Shown: piece after piece, positions 54,637-64,000 of the stretch
Layout of the letters: each line of letters begins with the position of its first letter
Numbering within the stretch: the first letter of the stretch is position 1
DNA from: Squalus acanthias
Taxonomy: Eukaryota
Assembly: GCA_030390025.1 (NCBI GenBank)
Contig: CM059431.1
Coordinates: forward strand, 129,024,001-129,088,000
Direction of reading: 5' to 3'
Length of the DNA: 64,000 nucleotides
Position numbers and translations under genes: made by a program
The notes under the pieces: generated by a model
The model's input: only the letters and a program-made list of their open reading frames with translations
Database searches by the model: none
What the model was told of the DNA's origin: nothing

Positions 54637-56064
54637 ATAGTGTTTAGGGAAACAGCAAAATGCTGTTATCAAACTGTGCAATGATTTGGATTTTTTTTGT
54701 TTCCTTTGATTGAATTTAGCTCTTTCAAATATACTTTCTCTGCGGACTATAAAATATTTTCTGAATTGTTCTCGTACTGTTTCATAAATACCCCATCAAT
54801 CTTGAACAGTTGAAAAGAGCACAACATATCTTCCACTTCCTCAACCATCAAATATATCCATTTTTCTTTCTTATCTAAGCCTGAAGCTCTTCTAAAATTT
54901 TCAGATTATTTTATCCATCTTGACCACTCCACTGGCTTACTGAATCAAGCATATCTGTAGAAAGAAGGAATTTCTCTGTGCTTTCAGAACCTCTTCCTTT
55001 ACCTATTTGTAGGCTATGTCATTTCCAAACCATTCTTCTGTCTAATCCTTGGCAACCTGTTCTGTTTTTACAGTTTCCAGTTGATTGCTTTTACAAACAA
55101 CAGCCACTGTCAGCATGATGTGTTATGGGTTATTTTTCAGAAGCAAGAACAGTTTCCAGAACATAACTTTATTTTTTTGTTTATCCAGGAGATTTCTAGC
55201 TTCTCGCTTTGCCATATAAACACGTCAATGACACACGCCCAAAACCAGATTATACACACTTTATCTTTACAGTAAATCTGCATTCCCTCTGCTTGCCTTT
55301 ATTCACATTGAACATAGATAAACAATGGATGGCCTCAATTTTCTTCTCTGGCAGGATTCTTATTGGAAGTGTGGCAGGCAGGACTTCTACCAGTGAATCT
55401 TCTGAGCTCAGACTAACTTAAATGGGGCCACCAGCCTAGAGTGGGGGAGGATAATATTTGTAACTTCTGCTGAAACGTAACATGGCTGACCGTGTCTGCT
55501 GAAAATTCATTTTAAATCTCCCACATTGCCTAGTGCAATCAATCACCCACTTCCTTGGCAATGATGGATGTCAGGAAAGCAATGGCATTTCTAATGCCCA
55601 GACGATGCTAAAGTGCTAAAAATGGGAGGCATGTTGGATGATGGTTTCCCATCATTAACCTATAATTTTCATACTTCCACCCAAATAGGAGAAAATCCTG
55701 GAAGTATCAGCAGATATTCTGCGTCTTTGGAACTTGGCTTTTTTATCTTGGGAGAACCTTATAGAAAAAGATGTCATCTGGACACAACTGCATTATTAGT
55801 CCGAGGCCTGAGCTGGGGGGCAGTGACTCCCTGGCTTCGCCGCCCGCTTCGCGGCTTGCAAGACCATACTCAACCCCACGCTTTAAAATTGGGGCCTCTG
55901 TCACTAACGGAATCCATATGTGGCTTTTTTGTTTCTTTGAGTAATGCCATTAAACAAAAATGGCACTGTGGCCCAATCTTTAATAGTGGTACCACAAAGA
56001 AAACAGATTTATGTTCTTAATATGTTGTAGTGCCTACTGGGATATTTGTTTGGTGGATAAAGCC

Positions 56065-57643
56065 TGTAAGGGGTTACGGTTCGTAGGTGCCTAATACTAT
56101 TGCTTGCTCTGGTCTCCGGCCAGCCTTGTTGCAATAAGCACCTGTGAGTGGTTCGACCCACTCGCCCTTACGGTTCTGACACTGGACTTAGGTGCGAGAG
56201 CAGTAATGCAGAGAAAAACTCAAATAGACCCGGTTGAATAGTACGAAATGGAAATCTTTATTGCATAACGTCCAAAATCATGAAGTACATGTCATAGGCA
56301 CAAATTAATGACAGTACAAGTATACATACATTCATAAAACTTGGTCTAGGGTAATGAGGAACGCACAGCACATCGTAAAAAGGGGAACACATTATATTTA
56401 TCCTTAATAAAACCACCCTCCCCTATTAATACCTACACTAATCTAGATTTGTAGGATCGAGGAAACATGCTCACCACTCGTGATACTTCGGAGAATTTTA
56501 AACGAGGCACTCGGCTTGTTTCGCTGCAACACCTGACTGTCATGTGTTGGAAGGGGTCTCTGTACCCCACTTGTTTATCTTCTCTGCTCCGGCTAGCAGG
56601 CTGGGCTCCCCGTTGTCATGAAGAACTCGACAGTGCTCGGTCCCGGCTGTAGAACTCAAGGAAAAGTCTTTCTGGACCGACACCAGTTAGCCGGTAGACT
56701 TCAAAGAAGAGTCTTTGACCAGTTCATGCAGTAAACTGTAGAGTTCAAAAATGGTCTTTATATTTACGGGCGCGGTCAGGGTTTACTGACCGTGGCGGCA
56801 CGTGGATTCTTCTTCTTCTCTTCTGATCTCGTCTCGTCTCATCTCTTCGGGCCTTTGGGTCCAGAACACCGTTTACCGACCCTCAGGATGGTGCACCCGG
56901 TCACTGGCCTCCGTCGAGGTGACTCGTTCCAAAGTTCAAACGAATCAGCCCCGGGAGGATCAGAGGAATAAGAGCGTTCAGCAGCCAGCAGCAAGATAAG
57001 AGTCAAGAGTCAAGAGAGCGATGGACATTTGTTCACTATAGTTATAGTGCTGTGTTTTCCTTATCTCCCGCCCAATCTTAATGTTCATCCTTTGTAAAAT
57101 CTTGGCGCTCAAAATTCCCAGTATGGGGTGATTCTTGTTTGTAATGGGTTTCGGTAGCACCTTAAACTGGCCAACTACCCGCTAATGTTTTCCCCATTGT
57201 CGAACCGGCTAGGAGTCTCCCTGACTGGTTTTGGGGCCTCCTCGAATACTGACTTAATCACCCGAGAATGGCTCTCTCATTGTAGAGCCGTGGGGAATTT
57301 GCGTATTGATGTATCTGGATGGGCCTTCGATTGCCCAGTGCAATGGTCCTTACTTGTGCATGGAAAATGATTCCAGCACTTATATCTCTTGCTATTGTGT
57401 CGAATGCAGACAGGCTGCATCCTGTCTTTATCAGTGTTTGCTGCGTATTACTTATAAATGTTTATTCGAACGCCATTTTGTCTGCCCACTGAAAATTCTG
57501 GAAGCTTCTGCCACGAGGCACGGCGGCCATTTTACAGGCTTCTGTGTCCTGTTTAATCATGACAGCATTTCGTTGAAATAAAACTGATGAAACGAATCTG
57601 CTTTATCTCGTTATTTTGAATCGTGATAATTGCGAATTTTACA
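56065..57643 (-). mobile_element. Solo LTR (1579 bp), diverged relative of the provirus LTR
   Basis: Minus strand TGTAAAATTCGCAATTATCACG...CCCCTTACA, TSD AGCC (56061-56064, 57644-57647); colinear motifs with the 3454-5130 LTR. Confidence 0.92.
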
Positions 57644-57765
57644 AGCCACAGGACTGCTGTCACACCAAATCTCATACTGTTCAGAGGAGTTACTTCACAT
57701 GTCATAGTAACAGCAACCAAAAAAAATAAAATCCTAATAGAAAGGTCATTTCTTGTACATTCATT

Positions 57766-58080
57766 GGCAACACGGTGGCATAGTGGTTAGCACTGTTGCC
57801 TCACAGCGCCAGGGACCCGGGTTCGAATCCGGCCACGGGTGACTGTCTGTGTGGAGTTTGCACATTCTCCACGTGCCTGCGTGGGTTTCCTCCGGGCGCT
57901 CCGGTTTCCTCCCAATGTCCAAAGATGTGCGGGTTAGGTTGATTTGGCTATGATAAATTGACCCTTAGTGTTAGGGGGGATTAAATACGTGGGGTTACGG
58001 GGATAGGGTGGGATATGTGTCGGTGCAGGCTCGATGGGCTGAAATGGCCTCTATCTGCACTGTGGGGATTCTGTGATTCT
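57766..58080 (+). mobile_element. HE1-like V-SINE
   Basis: A box TGGCATAGTGG (57776-57786), B box GGTTCGAATCC (57820-57830), V-domain ctgtgtggagtttgca...gtttcctccc..tccaaaga, CR1-like tail. Confidence 0.85.
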
Positions 58081-58154
58081 CTTAAATTTGAGTTTGTGTT
58101 GATTTCTAAAGCTATAATCCAGCCCAAGCAAAATGGCCAAATTGCCTACTATAG

Positions 58155-59532
58155 TTTTTTTTTAAATTCATTCTGGGATGTGGGCGTCACTGGCAAGGCC
58201 AGCATTTATTGCCCATCCCTAATTGTCCTTGAGAAGGAGGTGGTGAGCCGCCTCCTTGAACCGCTGCAGTCCATGTGGTGATGGTACTCCCACAGTGCTG
58301 TTAAGGAGGGAGTTCCAGGATTTTGACCCAGCGACGATGAAGGAACAGTGATATATTTCCAAGTCAGGATGATGTGTAACTTGGAGGGGAACTTGGAGGT
58401 GATGGTGTTCCCATGTGCCTGCTGCCCTTGTCCTTCTAGGTGGCAGAGGTCGCGGGTTTGGGAGGTGCTGCCGAAGAAGCCTTGGAGAGTTGCTGCAGTG
58501 CATCTTGTAGATGGTACACACTGCAGCCACGGTGTGCTGGTGGTGGAGGGAGTGAATGTTTAAGGTGGTGGATGGGGTGCCAATCAAGCGGGCTGCTTTG
58601 TCCTGGATGATGTTGAGCTTCTTGAGTGTTGTTGGAGCTGCACTCATCCAGGCAAGTGGAGAGTATTCCATCACACTCCTTACTTGTGCCTTGTAGATGG
58701 TGGAAAGGCTTTGGGGAGTCAGGAGGTGAGACACTCGCCGCAGAATTCCTAGCCACTGACCTGCTCTTGTTGCCACAGTATTTATGTGGCTGGTCCAGTT
58801 AATTTTCTGGTCAATGGTGATCCCCAGAATGTTGATGGTGGGGAATTCGGTGATGGTCATGCCATTGAATGTCAAGGGGAGGTGGCTAGACTCTCGCTTA
58901 TTGGAGATGGCACTTGTGTGGCATGAATGTTACTTGTCACGTATCAGCCCAAGCCTGAATGTCATCCAGGTCTTACTGCATGCGGGCATGGACTGCTTCA
59001 TTTTCTGAGGAGTTGCGAATGGAACTAAAAGCTGTGCAATCATCAGTGAACATCTCCACTTCTGACCTTATGATGAGGGAAGGTCATTGATGAAGCAGCT
59101 GAAGATGTTTGGGTCTAGAACTTTGCCCAAAGGAACTTCTGCAGTGATGTCCTTGGGATGAGATGATTGGCCTCCAACAACTACAACTATCTGCCTTTGT
59201 GCTAGGTATGACTCCAGCCAGTGGAGAGATTTCCCCCGATCCCCATTGACCTCAATTTTACTAAGGCTGCTTGATGTCACACTCGGTCAAATGCTGCCTT
59301 GATGTCAAGGGCAGTCACTCTCACCTCACCTCTTTTGTCCATGTTTGGACCAAGGCTGTAAGGAGATCTGAAGCCAAGTGGTCTTGGCGGAACCCAAACT
59401 GAGCACCAGAGAGCAGGTTATTGGTGAGTAAATTACATTTGATAGCCTGTTGACGACACCTTCCAACATTTTGCTGATGATTGTGATTAGGCGGTAATTG
59501 GCCGCATTGGATCTGTCCTGCTTTTTGGACAT
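58155..59532 (-). mobile_element. LINE family B ORF2 3' remnant
   Basis: ORF 58219-58875 ILGITIDQKINWTSHI..MEYSPLAWMSAAPTTLKKL. Confidence 0.88.
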
Positions 59533-59539
59533 GCAGAGG

Positions 59540-62010
59540 CTGAAAGATGAGGGTGAACGAGGCCTCAGAGGATGCGGGTCTTCCAGAACAGAATCTCATA
59601 CCTGAACATGAGAGAGTAGCAGTGTATGGGAGGTACCACTTCAGCAGGCAGGCATTCACTGACTAAAGTCACCTGTTAAGCAAGAATTGGAGCCAAACAC
59701 CGGCACACGCACGGCACTGCCTGTGTTGTGAAGGTTATGGTGTCCCTCAGCTTCGATGCCATAGGCTTATTGCAGGCTGCAACAGGTAACATCAGCAACG
59801 TCAGTCAGTTTGCTGTCTATATGATCATCAGGCAGGTGACACATGCCTTCGTTGCAAAAAGACAGCTATACATGGTCTTCCCCTTAGAGGCTGCCGATCT
59901 GGAGAAGAGGACTTTCAGATTTGGCCACATCACTGGATTTCCCAGGTGCAAGATGTAATTGACTCCACACACGTTGCCCTGCATTGTCCCCTTCAAGATC
60001 CAGCCATGTTTAATAACAGGAAGGAGTTTCACTTCCTGAGCGTGCAGTTGATGTGTGATCACAGGGGATAATGAAGGCCTCGGCCCGGTTTCCCAGCACT
60101 AGTCATGATGCCTTTTTACTGTGGCAGTCCTCAACTCCCCTGTTTTCCACCCAGAGCAGTGGATGTCAGGCTGGTTCATTGGAGACAGGGGATATCCCCT
60201 CTACACCTGGCTCATGACTCCTGTCAGAACCCAGGCACAGACGCAGATACAATGAGAGCCACACAAGAAAAAGAGCTCCCCATGAACAAACCATAGGCAT
60301 CCTGTAGGGGGTGGTGTGGTAGGGGTCAGCCTCACCTCTGACTCAGTGAGCGGTTCAAATCGCTCCCACGCCACTGGTTCTAGACCTTGGACTTATTTAG
60401 GGGTTGTGAATAAAAATGCAGTAGACAACAGGTTCCGATGAAAGAATTTTGACTTTTATTAAAAGAAAAGGTAACAAACTTAAAACACACTTAACACTTA
60501 AACAGGTTGGGGAACACACGGTACAGGCAAGGGAGAATGACAATATACAAAAACCCTTATCCCTCCCAAAGATCCCACTTCTATCTAGCTAGGTTTTGGT
60601 TTCAGGAGATCAGGGATAATGCTCACCAAACAGGGGTTTTGACAGTGCGAAATCTAGCCAGGTGAGTTGATTGCGATTTTGAGGTACTCTCTTTTTGTCC
60701 TTTGGGGCCTGCCGTCCCCACATGGTACCGGTCTGTGAAATCTGCGATGGTGGTCTGGTCGTCGAGTTTTGTTGCGTTGGAGGCTTGTCGGGGCGGTACC
60801 TTCTGGGGCAGGACCGTGGGTTGAGCGATGCCGACTCGCTCCCAGCCTCCAGTGACCTTGGCTAGTGGCTGCTAGTGCTAGACCGTGTGCTGAGCGATGC
60901 CGACTCACTCCCAGTGGCCTCAGCTCTAGCCCTTGCCTGGCCTTGTCTGTCCTTGCCTCCAATCTCGCCCCGGGTCTGCCTCGTGGCCTTGTTGCTTCTC
61001 TCCTCCTCCTGCTCATGTCGTGTGGCTTGTAGTGTCTTGCTGGAACTTGCTGCAACTAGAACAGAGCTGAGAGAGACTTTCTTGGGGGATTAGGCCCTCA
61101 ATTATACTGTTCAGACCCTTTGTCTTTTTCGCGCCAAAACCCCTTACTAAATCAGTTTCGTGTTGAAGTGATTTAGGTTTCAGTTGAGGCCTGTTCATTC
61201 CATTGTCTTAGTTTTGCGGGCTTGTTAAGTTTTGATGGCTTTAACTTGGTGTTAAATTGTCCTGATGGCTTCCAATGTCTCCCATTTAGGCAGGGCCTTT
61301 ATCTACAGGCCAAATCTTGTCCCTATAGATACCTGGCTGATTGGTTTTTGATGAAGTAATGGCTGTACTAGATGTTTTATTGTTTACAGGCTTCTGGCAT
61401 CCTGTTTGGGCCTGGGGATATTCAAAAGGTGTCTTGAATTATTCAATTTTGGATGTGTTGTGAGGTATTGGGTGAGGTTCTTCCTCCTGCCAGGATTGCA
61501 GTGCAAACAAATTCCAGACAGCTTGACTCCAAAAGCTGTCCACTGCCTCGCCACACCCCTTCGCAAAGGTGTTTTTTATTTTCTATAGTCATTTTCAAAA
61601 GTCATTTTTTTCTCAGGGTTTTTCTTCCCTGATCTTTAAAATGTCCAAAACTGAGGTTTTTACCTCAAATCACTTCACTTATGTCCCATCATCCCAAATT
61701 CATAGGAAAAATCCAAAAATCACCCCTTTTAGGGTTCTATACGAATTTCTGGGGAATTTTGCGAAGCTTACAATCCTCAAACAAAAGTTCCAATGTCTGG
61801 ACCGCTCTGGAGGAGTCCTACAGTACAGTTCCGAGTGAGTCTCCAAATCTACCATCCAGAGAGACCAAGCCTAGGAGCTGCCACAGAAGGAACAACTGGA
61901 GGAGGACGATGAAGAAGAGGATGAGGAAGTAGAAGCTAATGAGGAAGACCAAGGCCGAGCAGTGCTGCCAGCTGCCAGAGGTGTAAGGCAAAAAATCATT
62001 GAAGAGAGAT
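59540..62010 (+). pseudogene. Degraded Harbinger transposase, split by a solo LTR
   Basis: KVMVSLSFDAIG..SQFAV, GFPRCK, IGDRGYPL, EQTIGI|LKQKFQCLDRSGGVLQY. Confidence 0.8.
60303..61772 (-). mobile_element. Solo LTR (1470 bp), more distant member of the same LTR group
   Basis: Minus strand TGTAAGCTTCGCAA...CCCCTACA; TSD ATCC (60299-60302, 61773-61776); shared U5 block and GGTGAGCAT; AATAAA on the minus strand at ~60455-60460. Confidence 0.85.
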
Positions 62011-62132
62011 TCTCTTAAGCCATCCCTTCCCTCCCCATCACACCAACAGTCCCACCCACCTTCTGAATGCACTCAAACACTACTACCTCATGGGTGTTCC
62101 TCTTACATAAATAAGAATATAAAGACCAACAT

Positions 62133-62865
62133 TGTAATGTATTATCACATGGTTTGGTATGAGCATGCTCAGTTCGCTCTGGCCTAATAAAGCAAGCACA
62201 TGAACTAGCAACTCATTGTGTCTCTGTCCTTCATTTGTTCTACACACATATATTACATTTTGATGACAAGGATGGGATCCCAAAGCCATTTTTAGGGATC
62301 ATGGAAGGACAGTGTTCAACCTTCGAGTGGACAAGTTAAAGTGAATTTGTGGCACCTAAACAACATTTTTGCAATGTTTTACCGTTAATGCTGATGCAGA
62401 ATCAACTGTGCTTCGCCTTCGGGCGTATGTATACACAGCAACAGCGGTGCTGATTCTCACATGTACACAGGTAGCGTGCTGAGTCACTGTTCAACGGGAT
62501 CAGGATAATATTGGCCGCGTCTATGGGATTCATCGGAAGCCTCGGCCTGTATAACCAAGCTTGCAAACCATTCAGTTCTTACATTGAGCGGATGGAGATG
62601 TTTTTTAGGGCCAATAACATTATTGAGACTGAAGGTGCAGATGAGAATATTCAAGCCCAAAATAAAGTAATTTGTGAATGGAAGAAAGCAATTTTTCTAA
62701 CGGAGATTGGGCCAGATGTCTATGGAACGTTGACAAACCTACTCGCACCAGGGAAAGCAAAGGATGTGTCGTTTGAAGACATTGTCGAGAAACTCAAAGA
62801 CAATTTTGACCCAAAGCTGTTAGAAATAGCAGAGAGCTATAGGTTTGGTACCAGAAACCAAAGTG
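62133..62865 (+). mobile_element. Ty3/gypsy (Mag-like) fragment: short LTR remnant, decayed Ser(GCT)-type PBS, gag start
   Basis: TGT..TACA at 62133-62257, tgatgacaaggatgggat (cf. TGGCGACGAGGATGGGAT), gag FSSYIERMEMFFRAN..AIFLTEIG..LLAP..ESYRFGTRNQ. Confidence 0.7.
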
Positions 62866-64000
62866 AAGGAGGAAGTGCAACAGGAAGTGGAGGAACAGGA
62901 AGAGGAAGTGAGACTACAACGTAGACTGTCCCTTTCTGCCTGGGCACTACGTGATTAAATAATTAATGAGTGATACAAATAACCTCAACCACACCTCTCC
63001 ATTCACATAACAGTCCCACACTCCTTACCTTCCTCTATCACTGACCATCACATCGTCCTCTTTCCGACAACACAAAAATAAAAAACACCAGAAAATGCAC
63101 ATTACAATCCAAATTTATAAATTCAATCATGACATAATGGCCGTGAAATTCGGCTCCTATGCGCCTGCCGTTAGCATCTCCAGGGGGTGCTAACGGGGTG
63201 CAAAGGGCTTATCGCCTGGGCAGGGAGTGCCTCCCGAGAAATTTGGCAGGGCGCTGCTGCGGCGCTAGCCGATAGTGCCGCACCCCTGCTGGTAATGCAT
63301 CGGGTTACTGTGCCACCGGCGATGACGTCATTGCCGTGCATCGCAAAGCCTTACTACCCCGTGGCAGAATTCGGCTGTGCCCCGCGAGGCTGCTGCAGGC
63401 GATGTCTGCACCAGCCTCGCGGGTCACGAGCCGGGCCGACCTCCGCTCATGGGGCAGTAGTTAAAGGGAGGTGTGGCCGCAACCCGTGCCGCCTTTTTTT
63501 TTGGCCGACCTCCAGGTTGGTACTCCATAGCAGTCCTTGGCATGGTCGTGGCTGCCATCGTGCAGCCATGGCACCCCGCCGCCCTGGTGAGCTAGTGTGG
63601 GCAATTGAAGGCCCTACAGAGCTCGCAGCATCCCTCCCTTTTAACAGAAGGGGAGGGGCGGTGAAACGCGTCAGCGCTACGTGGAGCGGCCGCGTAGCAC
63701 TCTGGCACTACCGCGCTATGCGTCCCCGACACAGCCCCGAGAGGAAGTGGAGAGCCCGAGATAACGCTCCGCTTCCTTGCTGGGGCGGTAAGCCGAATTT
63801 AGCGGCTGGGGCTGATACTTCCGCGCTGGGCGCTAAATCTCGAGCGATAATTCAGAATTTCGCCCCCAATCATTCAAAAATGAACTAATCACCCTTGTGC
63901 ATTGCCTTAGTGCCTGTCTTCCATGTGCCTTTGCCTCTCCTAGTGTTTCTACAAGGTGCTTCTCCAGTAGCTGCAGCATGGGTGGTGGAAAGCTGCTGAC
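62866..64000 (+). mobile_element. Harbinger remnant (region downstream of transposase) with nested MITE
   Basis: Colinear with 53025-53420. Confidence 0.65.
63139..63867. mobile_element. MITE
   Basis: TIR GGCCGTGAAATTC / GAATTTCGCCCCC, TSD AAT; CpG-rich. Confidence 0.72.

Noticed and set aside
54660..55280. Possible host exon
   Set aside because: No clean ORF with splice sites; the minus strand looks like a very old LINE remnant but is too decayed to call.
57766..57840. tRNA gene
   Set aside because: A/B boxes continue into a V-SINE core and a LINE-derived tail, so it is a SINE head.
63187..63888. 233-aa ORF
   Set aside because: Lies within a GC-rich MITE; no protein motif.

Overview
Vertebrate, repeat-saturated non-genic DNA, most likely from a cartilaginous fish (HE1/V-SINE-like and SacSINE1/DeuSINE-like SINEs, CR1 LINEs with esterase ORF1, many PIF/Harbinger elements). 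No host protein-coding exon could be supported. The centrepiece is a very young, nearly intact 12.7-kb endogenous retrovirus-like provirus (3454-16187) with a 4-bp TSD (ATAT), near-identical 1.68-kb LTRs and a tRNA-Arg(UCG)-type PBS overlapping the first gag AUG. Gag carries late domains and a CCHC knuckle and joins the protease through an in-frame UGA-CUAG readthrough context. Pol has RT, a catalytically dead Ty3-type RNase H, a second RNase HI with catalytic residues intact, integrase and a ~280-aa extra tail. Env looks like an F-type class I fusion protein with an N-terminal immunoglobulin-like domain. This fits a lokiretrovirus-like lineage rather than a classical ERV or plain gypsy element. 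The provirus splits a Harbinger transposase. Two diverged solo LTRs of the same group (56065-57643, 60303-61772) share a covarying tRNA T-arm-like structure at the U5 end, plus a putative splice donor. All alignments, folds and family assignments were made by eye; no searches were run.
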